A stretch of 57,360 nt of DNA from an uncultured virus (IMG/VR IMGVR_UViG_3300025646_006603) (Duplodnaviria; Heunggongvirae; Uroviricota; Caudoviricetes): IMG/VR virus record IMGVR_UViG_3300025646_006603. One strand, written 5' to 3'. Below the pieces are notes generated by a model. It saw only the letters and a list, made by a program, of their open reading frames with translations. It was not told where the DNA came from and made no database searches. This document shows positions 39,420 through 49,074 of the stretch, piece by piece. Each line of letters opens with the position of its first letter. Positions within the stretch are counted from its first letter, which is position 1. The position numbers and the translations under genes were made by a program.

Positions 39420-39449
39420 CTTATATTTGTAGTGTTCTTTGAAACAAAT

Positions 39450-39537
39450 GCCGCGGTGATGAAAAGGTAGCCATGAGGGACTTAAAATCCCTTGGACAGT
39501 GATGTCCGTGCCGGTTCGAATCCGGCCCGCGGTACCA
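39450..39537 (+). tRNA. tRNA-Leu (anticodon UAA)
   Basis: Acceptor stem GCCGCGG/CCGCGGT, anticodon arm AGGGA-CTTAAAA-TCCCT, long variable arm GGACA/TGTCC, T-arm GCCGG-TTCGAAT-CCGGC and encoded CCA. Confidence 0.95.
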
Positions 39538-39546
39538 ATAAAAAAA

Positions 39547-39568
39547 AAGGTGTACTCTCGTACACCTT
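39547..39568. terminator. terminator hairpin between the tRNA and the convergent operon
   Basis: AAGGTGTAC-TCTC-GTACACCTT, preceded by an A-tract. Confidence 0.7.
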
Positions 39569-39603
39569 CCTTAGATAAGAACCCCTCCTTTCTATTAGAA
39601 AGT

Positions 39604-40254
39604 TTATGAGAACATCGTTTTCTTAATGTCCTCAAGTTTGTTTGCCATGTTTTGGTTGATTTGCCCCATGGCAGGACAAACGACAGTAGTGAAAGAGTCC
39701 TCTAAATTTTTTCTAAAGTCATCACCTCCAATAACTTTATCCAAAGATTGTCTGAATATACCAGGAACTGTATTGCTACCTCCTTCTACAGATATATTCT
39801 CACCGAACCCTTCCATGGCTGCATCGGTCATCTTTTGAACCAAAAATCTACAATCTGTAAATAGTTTTGGTATTTCTTCGATTTCAACATTACCGATACC
39901 TTCAATCATTTTTTCTTTCATCCATTTATCAACACCAAATTTAGATGTAATGTAATCTGACAATTTTGTTTTTACTGTATCCCAAAACTGAGGACCTTCG
40001 TTATTAAACAAATCACCCATTACTTCTAAAAACCCTTCGTTGATTAATGTTTGGTTATACCCTTGTGTTTTAAGGTAATTACATTCAGATAAAACCTTAT
40101 CTAAAGCTTTCTTTGTTTGGATTTTAGATTTTGTATTAACACCTTCTGCAATAATCTTAAATCTACCATTAATGATTTTAGATTCTTGTATAAGAGTTTT
40201 CTTTTTTGACTCTACTTCCAATAAACTTTCTCTGATTGTTTTCTTGATACTCAT
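39604..40254 (-). CDS. hypothetical protein (MSIKKTIRESLLE...)
   Basis: Likely start at 40254, just after the upstream stop. Confidence 0.7.
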   Translation of the reverse strand: MSIKKTIRESLLEVESKKKTLIQESKIINGRFKIIAEGVNTKSKIQTKKALDKVLSECNYLKTQGYNQTLINEGFLEVMGDLFNNEGPQFWDTVKTKLSDYITSKFGVDKWMKEKMIEGIGNVEIEEIPKLFTDCRFLVQKMTDAAMEGFGENISVEGGSNTVPGIFRQSLDKVIGGDDFRKNLEDSFTTVVCPAMGQINQNMANKLEDIKKTMFS

Positions 40255-40258
40255 AACC

Positions 40259-41011
40259 TTATTTTTTTGGTTCCCATACATTAAATGACTCTGTGAATTC
40301 TTTTGATGTTACTTTCTTTCTTGTGTAACCCTCTTCATTCTCAGGTCTATTTAATAAATATCCTTCACCTTTCAATTTTTCCAAAACTTTCTTTTGTCTT
40401 TTTGTAAAATTGTTTGATGTATCTTCTGTGTTACCATCTAATAAAGAAGCCAAACCTTTCTTTTCCTTTTGTTTCATTTCTTCTTCAAAAGGTTGTTCTG
40501 GTTCTTGTTGTACAGGTTCTTGAATTTCTGTTTCTTTTTCTACAGATTCTTCTTCACCTTTTTCATTACTAACTAACTCATCTGAATTAACTCTTACTAA
40601 TGAAAAGTGTCTATCGTTATCACCTAAAGATTCAACTTTAAAGTAATCAAATTTATTATTACCGTCATAGTCACCAAATGTTGTATCCTCATCAAAGGTA
40701 ACACTAAAAATATTTGATGGGAATGAACCACCAACAATTAGATATTCTTCTTTTTTGTTACCTTTTGAAGCGATAACGGCTTTGATTAGTGCAGTATCAG
40801 GATTATCACCCATCTTTGTGAAATGCTCCATATCTCTTGATATGTCATCAATATCATCAAAGGTAATTTCAACCTCACCACCCTTTTTGTTATTAAATTT
40901 GATAAGGTCAAGTTTATCCTTTAATGAAACTTCTGGTTTCATTTCTACATCTTCGTTAATTCCAAAAAGAGATATGATTCTCTCTTTTTCTTCTTGTATT
41001 CTTCTTTTCAT
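40259..41011 (-). CDS. hypothetical protein with leader (MKRRIQEEKERIISLFGINE)
   Basis: Intact ORF in the operon. Confidence 0.75.
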   Translation of the reverse strand: MKRRIQEEKERIISLFGINEDVEMKPEVSLKDKLDLIKFNNKKGGEVEITFDDIDDISRDMEHFTKMGDNPDTALIKAVIASKGNKKEEYLIVGGSFPSNIFSVTFDEDTTFGDYDGNNKFDYFKVESLGDNDRHFSLVRVNSDELVSNEKGEEESVEKETEIQEPVQQEPEQPFEEEMKQKEKKGLASLLDGNTEDTSNNFTKRQKKVLEKLKGEGYLLNRPENEEGYTRKKVTSKEFTESFNVWEPKK

Positions 41012-41015
41012 AATG

Positions 41016-43526
41016 TTAAAATTCTACAATGTTTCCATTTTCGAGTTTATAATTTTTATTGTCACTTCCTTTGTAAACCGCCATTGAACCTGTAGATGTT
41101 AATAGTGTAAGTTTAATTCCCTTTTCTCTCTCAAACTTTTCTTTTGGTGTTTCAGAGGTTTCCGCACTACCCGCCGGTGTTGTACTTTGAGTAGTTCCTT
41201 GACTTGAATCCACGTATTCAGAAAGTGGTGTCCATGTTGTATTATCTTTTAAAATATACCAAGTATTTGGTTTATATTTTGTTGATTCTTTACTTGTTTT
41301 TACTAATCGATAAACAGGGTAATTACCAAGTTCATCAGGAGTTCCTTGTTGGTTTAAGTAATAAAGTTGAGTACCCACTTTATTTGCACCTGCATTAGCT
41401 TTACGGTAACCCGGTAAAGTTGGGTTAACCGATGTTTGGTCCTGAGGGTAGAAGTTGTAAGTAAATACATCATCCATATTAAGATTTTCAATTCCTGCTG
41501 TTGCTAATTCAGTTTTTAATTCTGAAAGTCCGCTAATGACCAATCCAATAGTACCATTATAGTTTGATTGGTTAGTACCAAACTTATTATCCGGTGTTAT
41601 TGTCTTAGGAAATTTAGTGGTTTTTTCAACTAATTTTGATTGTTCATCAACAGGATAAAAATCAACTAAGAATCTGTTAATCGTGTTACCGTTTTCATTG
41701 AAGAACATCTTTTTAATGCTAACCTTTTCTACTTCACCTTCATTATCATACTTACCCTCAATATATGGGTCATCAGTGTCTAAACCTTTAACAGTAAATC
41801 TTCCGTTTTGATTTGCGAAATATATATTCTTTCCTACAACAAAAAATTGGTCTAATGGTAGTCCAACTAAATTATCCCAATTTAATAAATCTATATTTCC
41901 AAGATTACTAAATATTGTACCAAGACCATAACCTTCTATTGATTGCGTTTGACCGCTTAAAATATCTTTTATTAATTCTTTTTTATCTTCAGGTAATACT
42001 TTTTGTAGAAAATTACTTAATGCTTCAATACTATTATCATCGGCTCTATCAAGTTGACTGTCAGGTAAAATACCCTCATCTTTTAATGTTTTAATATTAC
42101 TTTCTAATTTATCTTTGTATGTACCACCCGCATAATAAATACCACCATAAATTGAGTTTGTTATAACCGCAATGGTATCATAAACAAATAAAGGACCTGA
42201 AATAAGTATCTTACCTATCCAACCAACCCAACTCATAACTCCCTCTTCAATAGGAGGCATTCCAACATAAAATGTCGGAAGTAATGTATCCTTGTCGTAA
42301 TATAATCTTAACGTATACTCGGCATATTGATTAATCATTTCTAAAATAAAAACATATAGTATCATTTGAATTTTATCGAAAAGAAATTTAATAGCTTCTT
42401 TAACATTTCCTTTAAAAAGTAAAGTAAAAAATTCTTTTACATGTTTTGGGAAATCTTTAATTTTTGTTAAAGTATCTTGACCAAGTTTAATACCTTTATT
42501 TGTTATATAATTTAAAGTTTTTTCAACCCATTTTTCTGATGCTCTATTTGCTCTACTAGCCGCATCAGTGATTGCCTTTTCTTTCTGTAATGGTGTTAAT
42601 CTTTCTAATTGTGAAATCCAGTCTTCAATTTTTGCGGCATCGGCATCAATTCTACTTGCAAATCTTGAATCGACAGCGTCTCTTATAGACGTTATAAGTT
42701 CTTCTTTAAAATTTGATTTTTTAAAAATATTTGGCATCTCAAACGGAGGTTTGTCACCTCTTTTCTTAGAAGCCTTTTCTAAATCCTCACCAATTTTTTT
42801 GTATGAATTAAATTTTGCTTCTATCGCTTGTTTTTTGGCTAACTCAATTTCAGCACTAATCTCCTCGGGAGTTCTAGTGTCTTCAGGTTCAACTCTAACA
42901 GGTCTTTCCCATTTTGTATCAAGATTTAATTTTTTTCTTAAATCATAAACATATATATCTCTTAACGACTCGTCAGAAAATTTAACCAAAGGCTCCTCAC
43001 CATCTTTACCATAAAAAAGTTCATCAATTTCTTTTTGTATTTGTTCTACTGCCTCATCATTAGAAAGACCATTATTAGTAATTAAATCATTTTTTACACC
43101 ATTAGTCGTAGATTCAAGGTTTTTTAGGTCATTTGAGACATTATGTACCTTAGTAATGAAATCACCAATTATTTCATCGGCAACTTTTCTTTTAGGTGTA
43201 CCTACAGCTTCATCGGCAAACTCTTTTAATGTTCTAACAAATTCTTCAGGATTTCCTTCTAATCTTAATAGTGTTTCTGCATGTGGTTTTTCAGCGGCCC
43301 TAATTAAATTACCTGTTGCGTCAATAAGTGAACTATTTTTTATAGTTCTTGCAATATCGGCTAAATCAGAAATTTTTAATGCAGAACTAATAGCACTGGC
43401 AATTAAACTCTCTTTAATAGTAGATTTTAAATCATTAGATATTAAAATATCTTTTAATAAAGATTCGCCTAAACCCATCAATTCATGGATTCTTAAAATT
43501 TCTTCTGATATTAATTTATTATTCAT
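41016..43526 (-). CDS. large hypothetical protein with leader (MNNKLISEEILRIHELMG) and central hydrophobic helices
   Basis: 836 aa, hydrophobic segments at about residues 380-465, late motif at 43549-43556. Confidence 0.75.
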   Translation of the reverse strand: MNNKLISEEILRIHELMGLGESLLKDILISNDLKSTIKESLIASAISSALKISDLADIARTIKNSSLIDATGNLIRAAEKPHAETLLRLEGNPEEFVRTLKEFADEAVGTPKRKVADEIIGDFITKVHNVSNDLKNLESTTNGVKNDLITNNGLSNDEAVEQIQKEIDELFYGKDGEEPLVKFSDESLRDIYVYDLRKKLNLDTKWERPVRVEPEDTRTPEEISAEIELAKKQAIEAKFNSYKKIGEDLEKASKKRGDKPPFEMPNIFKKSNFKEELITSIRDAVDSRFASRIDADAAKIEDWISQLERLTPLQKEKAITDAASRANRASEKWVEKTLNYITNKGIKLGQDTLTKIKDFPKHVKEFFTLLFKGNVKEAIKFLFDKIQMILYVFILEMINQYAEYTLRLYYDKDTLLPTFYVGMPPIEEGVMSWVGWIGKILISGPLFVYDTIAVITNSIYGGIYYAGGTYKDKLESNIKTLKDEGILPDSQLDRADDNSIEALSNFLQKVLPEDKKELIKDILSGQTQSIEGYGLGTIFSNLGNIDLLNWDNLVGLPLDQFFVVGKNIYFANQNGRFTVKGLDTDDPYIEGKYDNEGEVEKVSIKKMFFNENGNTINRFLVDFYPVDEQSKLVEKTTKFPKTITPDNKFGTNQSNYNGTIGLVISGLSELKTELATAGIENLNMDDVFTYNFYPQDQTSVNPTLPGYRKANAGANKVGTQLYYLNQQGTPDELGNYPVYRLVKTSKESTKYKPNTWYILKDNTTWTPLSEYVDSSQGTTQSTTPAGSAETSETPKEKFEREKGIKLTLLTSTGSMAVYKGSDNKNYKLENGNIVEF

Positions 43527-43561
43527 AAACTATTGTACGTATTTTTAATATAAATATATCT

Positions 43562-45505
43562 TTATCCCATATCGTCCTCACCAGACGTTGTTTCAACACT
43601 ATCATTATTTTTTTCAGTTTGAATTTCTTCCAAATATATTTCCCCAACAGTTTTAGTACCATCAGGTAATGGAGTATTAAATGCTCTTCTTATAAATGTA
43701 TTATCAAAAGCACCTGACAAATCTAATTCAACATATTTTGATATTGTTGGAAATTCAGTGTTAAACCATTTTCTAAATTTATCACCCTCTTCTTGTGTTG
43801 TAAATGGTGTTTTCTTTTGTGTACTTCCACCATACATTTTAACAGTACCTGGTAAAATTTCTTTTTCCTTTTGATTCATTCTTTCTAGTATTCTATTTTT
43901 CATAGATTCTTGTGATAATGAACCTTCTTTAACCTTTACACTAAAATCATTAACAACTTTTGAAAGTGTTTCCAATTCTTCTTCAGGTAAACCTTCAATA
44001 GATTGTTCAATTTTTTTATTATTTTCAACAATCTGATTTTGAACTTCAGGTTTTGTCAATGCATATTGTATTAATACATAAGTCAATGAAACTATTTTTT
44101 GATTTTCACTAGCCAATAAATTATACAGAAAATTGTAACTCATCTGTATTCCGTCAATAACTAAAACTAAAGAACCTGCGGTTTTAGCTAATGTTGATAC
44201 CGCTTTAATTTGTTTAAATGGATTCTTTAAAAAGTTAACAAAATTATCCGCACTTTTATTTATTACGGAACCCATTTCAGAAACCGATTTTCTTAATACA
44301 TTCTTTGCTAAAATTCTACCTTCGGTGGTTATTACTGACCCATCCAATCCATTTAGTATTTGAATTTCTCTCTGTGTAAACACATCTGCTTGTTTTTTAG
44401 AACCTGATGTTAAAGCTTCGGCATTGTCCGCAGCTTTTTGTTTTAAAACTTTCACTTCATTTGCAGTAACATTAAGTCCCTTTGCAGCTTTTAATATTTG
44501 TGCCACATCAAATACGGATAATAATGCAACAAACATAGCCATTCTCTTATCACCTTCGTAAGCATATAACGCAGCGTCGGGCGCGGATAATAATAAACTA
44601 CCGATACCTGCCATCATTTCTAATGATAATCCACCTGCTAAAGGTGCTGCGGCACCTCCTGTTAGAACGGTTAATGCACCCATAGATACTAACGCTAAAC
44701 CTAACGCAGCAATTCCTAATACATCATGTATGGTATCACTGTTTCTCAATACCCACGCATCAAAACCATCACCATATTTCTTTTCCCATTCTTGTCTATC
44801 TTTTTCATAAACAGAAAATGCGGATTCTTTTGTGTCATATTTTTTACCATTATATATCCATTTTGGTGTAGGTCTTCCTAACCTTGGGTCATACATAATC
44901 ACCTCACTTTTTGGTTGAATTGGTTTAGAATTTCTTTTTTCTAACTCATATGCTCTTGATAGAGCTTCAGCTTGGGTGGGATTAAATTGTGGAGCAACGT
45001 ATGTTGCGTCTTGATAACTTCTAGTATCAGGAGGTGTGAATTTAGGCACATCTTTTGGTTTTGGTGGACCTCCACCGCCCATTAAATTTTGTGGTGATAC
45101 ATATGTTGCGTCTTGATAGCTTCTCGTATCTGGCGGCGTGAATGATGTAGATTTTGGTTTTTGAGGAGGTGGGTTTTGAGTATTTGTAGTACTGTCAAAT
45201 CTAGGTAAATTATAAAGAGACCTTTTTTGTGGGTAAGATAAACCATTTGTTACACCAGGATACGCTTTTTTTGCTGGTGTGGAACCTGCAGGATAATTAG
45301 TAGCTAAATTAGGTAATGTTTTTAAATTATTATCTTTATCATAATAATAATAATCTAACGGTAATGATTTAAGACCCAAAGGAGTATATGACGACTGTTC
45401 ATTAATAATAGACGTATTCTCAGATAATGTTTTACCTAACTCATACGACATTCTCAATAGAATCTCATTTAATGCCTCTATACCTTCATTTTTTCTATTT
45501 ACCAT
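43562..45505 (-). CDS. large hypothetical protein with a Pro-rich region and Gly/Ala-rich hydrophobic helices
   Basis: 647 aa, containing VLGIAALGLALVSMGALTVLTGGAAAPLAGG and a duplicated FTPPDTRSYQDATYV. Confidence 0.75.
   Translation of the reverse strand: MVNRKNEGIEALNEILLRMSYELGKTLSENTSIINEQSSYTPLGLKSLPLDYYYYDKDNNLKTLPNLATNYPAGSTPAKKAYPGVTNGLSYPQKRSLYNLPRFDSTTNTQNPPPQKPKSTSFTPPDTRSYQDATYVSPQNLMGGGGPPKPKDVPKFTPPDTRSYQDATYVAPQFNPTQAEALSRAYELEKRNSKPIQPKSEVIMYDPRLGRPTPKWIYNGKKYDTKESAFSVYEKDRQEWEKKYGDGFDAWVLRNSDTIHDVLGIAALGLALVSMGALTVLTGGAAAPLAGGLSLEMMAGIGSLLLSAPDAALYAYEGDKRMAMFVALLSVFDVAQILKAAKGLNVTANEVKVLKQKAADNAEALTSGSKKQADVFTQREIQILNGLDGSVITTEGRILAKNVLRKSVSEMGSVINKSADNFVNFLKNPFKQIKAVSTLAKTAGSLVLVIDGIQMSYNFLYNLLASENQKIVSLTYVLIQYALTKPEVQNQIVENNKKIEQSIEGLPEEELETLSKVVNDFSVKVKEGSLSQESMKNRILERMNQKEKEILPGTVKMYGGSTQKKTPFTTQEEGDKFRKWFNTEFPTISKYVELDLSGAFDNTFIRRAFNTPLPDGTKTVGEIYLEEIQTEKNNDSVETTSGEDDMG
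44998..45142 (-). repeat. duplicated 15-aa motif FTPPDTRSYQDATYV
   Basis: Two copies with identical peptide but synonymous DNA differences. Confidence 0.8.
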
Positions 45506-45765
45506 AACGGATTAGCTTTACCTCTTTGTGGTTGATACGAATCACTCCATTTTGTAACTGACAATTGGTTAGCAGGACCACGAGTAAGCCCTGTTTCCCA
45601 TTTATTCATAGCAGGAGAAGATGGTGCTGTTGAACCAGCTTCATCTTGTTCTCCGAGCTCTCCGTCAACTTCAGTGTTGTCAATTTGAATATCATCCAAA
45701 TCAATCCAATCCTCAGTAAACATAAGTTCTTTAATTCTATTAATGTCTTCAGAAAGTAAATTCAT
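45499..45765 (-). CDS. small protein with leader (MNLLSEDINRIKELMFTE) and duplicated KW....RG.AN.L motif
   Basis: KWETGLTRGPANQL and KWSDSYQPQRGKANPL. Confidence 0.75.
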   Translation of the reverse strand: MNLLSEDINRIKELMFTEDWIDLDDIQIDNTEVDGELGEQDEAGSTAPSSPAMNKWETGLTRGPANQLSVTKWSDSYQPQRGKANPLW

Positions 45766-45814
45766 GAAAATAGTTTACTATAAATATAATAAGATAAATA
45801 AATAACCAATAAAG

Positions 45815-46270
45815 TTACTTCTTAAGTAATTCTTGAATATACTTAATATTTTTCATGAATTTTTCAGGGTTTTCTTTTGCCCATGTTTTCATGGTTTGTG
45901 GTAAATCAGATTTTTCTAATTCTTCTAAAACAATTACATTTAATTCTTTTTCACCTTTTTTGTTTGACTCAACCAAAACATCACCAAAACTTATCATTAA
46001 TTTTCTTGCCAGTTCAGGACTCTTAGCTGAGAATGTAATATCATATCCATTCTCATTAGCCCAAGAAATTAACTTATTTTCATTAAGATATTGATTGGTA
46101 TCAAATGGAAATTCTTTTAATAACCTTTTTGGTTCTGAAGCAATTTCAAATACTTTCATAGAAGGACTAACCACCAAAGTGATTTTGTGTTCGTGCAAAC
46201 CAAATATAATAGGTTTTGTCAAAAACACCCTACCCAACAAATTTGATATTATTTTTCTAATGTCCTCCAT
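45815..46270 (-). CDS. hypothetical protein
   Basis: 151 aa, late motif at 46276-46283. Confidence 0.7.
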   Translation of the reverse strand: MEDIRKIISNLLGRVFLTKPIIFGLHEHKITLVVSPSMKVFEIASEPKRLLKEFPFDTNQYLNENKLISWANENGYDITFSAKSPELARKLMISFGDVLVESNKKGEKELNVIVLEELEKSDLPQTMKTWAKENPEKFMKNIKYIQELLKK

Positions 46271-46286
46271 TTAATGATAAATATCA

Positions 46287-46601
46287 TCAAATGACTTCTG
46301 CGCTCGGTATTTTGTCAGGAAAAACTACATAATATTCATTTAAAAATGACCTCAAATCATCCTCATCTAATAGGATTGATTCATCAGTATCGTCCTCATC
46401 ATCCCACTCATCCCACTCGTCATCAAATACGTCAAATTCTTCAGTATCTATTTCAAAATCATATCCAAAATCCTGTAAATAGGTATATTCTATTATATCT
46501 TGTCTAACAGTATTATCATAGTCACCAACCATTCTAAACGATACTGTTAACATGTTGTTTTCTTTATTTACGAAATAATCGTCAATTTCTATAACTTCCA
46601 T
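46287..46601 (-). CDS. acidic hypothetical protein
   Basis: 104-aa intact ORF. Confidence 0.7.
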   Translation of the reverse strand: MEVIEIDDYFVNKENNMLTVSFRMVGDYDNTVRQDIIEYTYLQDFGYDFEIDTEEFDVFDDEWDEWDDEDDTDESILLDEDDLRSFLNEYYVVFPDKIPSAEVI

Positions 46602-46680
46602 TTAAATTTAAAAAATTATCATTTATTTTATAACAAATATATTGTTTTAAACAAAAAGTAATTATTATAGTAAAAAAAAC

Positions 46681-47322
46681 ATGAAATTAATACCAACCTC
46701 TTTTGATAATGTGTACCTGATTCAAGAGAATGTTTATGAAGATGAAAGAGGATACTTTATGGAAAGTTGGAATGAAATAAAATATTCCAACCGAAAATTA
46801 TTGTCCCATATACCATCTTTAGATGCAATTAAAAATGACAATTCTTTATTTAATACATTATTTCTACAGGATAATTTTTCTGTATCTAAAAGGAATGTTT
46901 TTAGAGGTTTACATTATCAGACAGGTATATGGGGACAAGCTAAATTAGTTAGAGTTTTAAAAGGTTCTGTTGTTGATTTTATTGTTGATTTAAGAGAAGA
47001 TTCAGCAACTTACGGTAAGTTCGATTATTTTGAATTAAGTGACAAAAATAAATTGTCATTATTCATACCACCATATTTTGCACACGGGTTTCTTTCACTT
47101 GAAGATGATACAATTTTCACTTATAAATGTGGAAACTACCACAACAGTGAATATGAAGGTTCGGTGTCTATATTTGACCCAATCATTAGAAACATTAGAA
47201 ACAACCATGAAACCATAATTGATGTTGTGAGTATCTATACACCTTATGATGATGAAAATGATTTAATTATGTCAGATAAGGATAGAACTGCGCCAAAGTT
47301 TCTTCATAGAAGACACGAATAA
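46681..47322 (+). CDS. rmlC: dTDP-4-dehydrorhamnose 3,5-epimerase
   Basis: DERGYFMESWN, QDN.S.S...V.RGLHYQ, QAKLVRV..G.V.D..VDLR..S.TYG, AHGFLSL and SDKD. Confidence 0.92.
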   Translation: MKLIPTSFDNVYLIQENVYEDERGYFMESWNEIKYSNRKLLSHIPSLDAIKNDNSLFNTLFLQDNFSVSKRNVFRGLHYQTGIWGQAKLVRVLKGSVVDFIVDLREDSATYGKFDYFELSDKNKLSLFIPPYFAHGFLSLEDDTIFTYKCGNYHNSEYEGSVSIFDPIIRNIRNNHETIIDVVSIYTPYDDENDLIMSDKDRTAPKFLHRRHE

Positions 47323-47373
47323 GTTTGTTGATTTAATTTATTTACCTATATTTGAACAAAATATAAAAACACT

Positions 47374-47559
47374 ATGGAAATCCTAATGAACATCCAAACC
47401 TTTGAGAAGGCAAAAAGAGTTATCGATAGTTGTGTTAATTACGTACAACTGTTAAGTGCCGAGAAATATTGTGAGTTGTATTATAACATGTATGAAGATT
47501 TCTCAAGGTACCGTCAACTTTTGATGTTAGTTGAACAAAAAGGTAATAGTTTGTTGTAA
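47374..47559 (+). CDS. small hypothetical protein
   Basis: Preceded by TATATTTG at 47347-47354 and followed by a terminator. Confidence 0.65.
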   Translation: MEILMNIQTFEKAKRVIDSCVNYVQLLSAEKYCELYYNMYEDFSRYRQLLMLVEQKGNSLL

Positions 47560-47560
47560 T

Positions 47561-47588
47561 AAAAAACCCCTCTTTTTGGAGGGGTTTT
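47561..47588. terminator. bidirectional terminator
   Basis: AAAAAACCCCTC-TTTTTG-GAGGGGTTTT. Confidence 0.8.
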
Positions 47589-47591
47589 ATT

Positions 47592-48056
47592 TTAACTTAA
47601 TTTTTTAAGTTTATATAGTGTAGAGGTTATTAACTCTATTATTGTATCTACAATGTTTTGTAGATGAGATGGTAACCCTTCTCTGTTGTTTTCAACAACT
47701 TCCATTAATTCATTAAAGTATTCTATTACACTTTCTTTTCCTTCGTATTTTCTCATAGGGAAAGTTTCGTAATTTGTTATATTTTCATTTTCACCCTGAT
47801 AAGATTCAATTAAAGAATCTACCAAATCATCAATACCTTCATAATATCCCTGAAGTGCTTTGTGTTCAGCATATGAACCTGTTTGTAAATGAAATACGTG
47901 TGCTTGAGTTTGTGAGAATAATAAATGAGATGCCATTACATCCATACCTGTAGATGAATCTTCAGTTTCTTCAACATCTAACTCTTCCTGTTCTCTCAAT
48001 TTACTTTTAATTAATTGTTCTAATTGAGATTCTGTTAATTTCAACGTTTTTTTCAT
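47592..48056 (-). CDS. ferritin/Dps-like four-helix protein with N-terminal leader
   Basis: QAHVFHLQTGSYAEHKALQGYYEGIDDLVD.LIESYQG...LYKL follows the leader MKKTLKLTESQLEQLIKSKLREQ. Confidence 0.7.
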   Translation of the reverse strand: MKKTLKLTESQLEQLIKSKLREQEELDVEETEDSSTGMDVMASHLLFSQTQAHVFHLQTGSYAEHKALQGYYEGIDDLVDSLIESYQGENENITNYETFPMRKYEGKESVIEYFNELMEVVENNREGLPSHLQNIVDTIIELITSTLYKLKKLS

Positions 48057-48706
48057 TAGTTAAACTTTTTGAATCTGTTAAACATTTCTGTTATTTTTTG
48101 TTTTTCTTGTTTGAATGATTCATGTAGGTCTTCATCTATTTCTTCATACATACCACATTCACAAATGGCCTCGGATAAACCACATTGTTCACACATGGCT
48201 TCAGTTTCTTCAGATTCTCCGTAAACATCTACGTTTCCACCTTCAGAATCAAAGTCATAAGCTTCTTTCTCACCAGGATATAATTCATGACCGTCTAATT
48301 CATCACCGAAAACAACATCCCAATCTGATGTTGACATTCCTTCATCTCCAAACATATCTATAATTCCTTGGATGTCCATTTCGTGGGCATCGTCAGAATA
48401 CGAATGGTCAAATTGTTCAGGACCTTTAGATTCAAAATCATATGCAGATTCTACATCAGACACATCCATGTCATCAGCTTCAATTTCTTCAATCTCTTTT
48501 GACTCATTAACCAAATGATTATTATATTGTGAAACTTCACCTCTGTTGTTTACATTAACACCTGTTTTATCTTGAGCCGCGTCGTACACGCTCAAAGGTG
48601 TCATATTAGATGGAATGTTTCCAACGGCATATCCATTGTATAAGGATTTGTGTTGAGAAATGATACTTTGTCTTTCCTCATCTGTCATAACTGAATAACC
48701 TCTCAT
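48056..48706 (-). CDS. acidic hypothetical protein with leader and a small Cys cluster (CEQCG...CEC)
   Basis: 216 aa, AYDF.S.G repeated twice, late motif at 48723-48730. Confidence 0.7.
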   Translation of the reverse strand: MRGYSVMTDEERQSIISQHKSLYNGYAVGNIPSNMTPLSVYDAAQDKTGVNVNNRGEVSQYNNHLVNESKEIEEIEADDMDVSDVESAYDFESKGPEQFDHSYSDDAHEMDIQGIIDMFGDEGMSTSDWDVVFGDELDGHELYPGEKEAYDFDSEGGNVDVYGESEETEAMCEQCGLSEAICECGMYEEIDEDLHESFKQEKQKITEMFNRFKKFN

Positions 48707-48768
48707 AGTAATAGTATTTTTATATAAATAGTGTTTGATAATGAAATATTTTTGTTTATATTTTATTT

Positions 48769-49032
48769 ATGGAAATCACAAGAGATATAATAGACGAAAT
48801 TGCTGAAGGTGCAATTCTTTTAGATGGGTTTGAGCACTGTATTGTTGGAATCACTGAAGAGTTTGGTGGTAACATTCGTATATTATATTCTACAAAGAAA
48901 ATTATTGATTCATTAGTTCAAGATTCTGAAATGACACTGGATGAGGCGTGGGACTATTACAATTACAATGTTATTGGTGGATATTTCGGAGAACAAAACC
49001 CAATTTTTTTAATTGACTATTTGGTAGATTAA
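48769..49032 (+). CDS. conserved phage hypothetical protein
   Basis: DGFEHCIVG...YSTKKII..L....M..DEA.DY..YNVIGGY.GEQNPIF pattern. Confidence 0.75.
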   Translation: MEITRDIIDEIAEGAILLDGFEHCIVGITEEFGGNIRILYSTKKIIDSLVQDSEMTLDEAWDYYNYNVIGGYFGEQNPIFLIDYLVD

Positions 49033-49074
49033 AAAACAATCCTTATCTTTGATATGTAAATAAAGGTAAGGAAA

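Noticed and set aside
39402..39635. Minus-strand 77-aa ORF
   Set aside because: Spans the antisense of tRNA-Leu and its terminator.
29457..47588. Near-identical hairpins at 29457 and 47561 as mobile-element ends
   Set aside because: Both sit right after stop codons as ordinary terminators. There is no transposase or target-site duplication.
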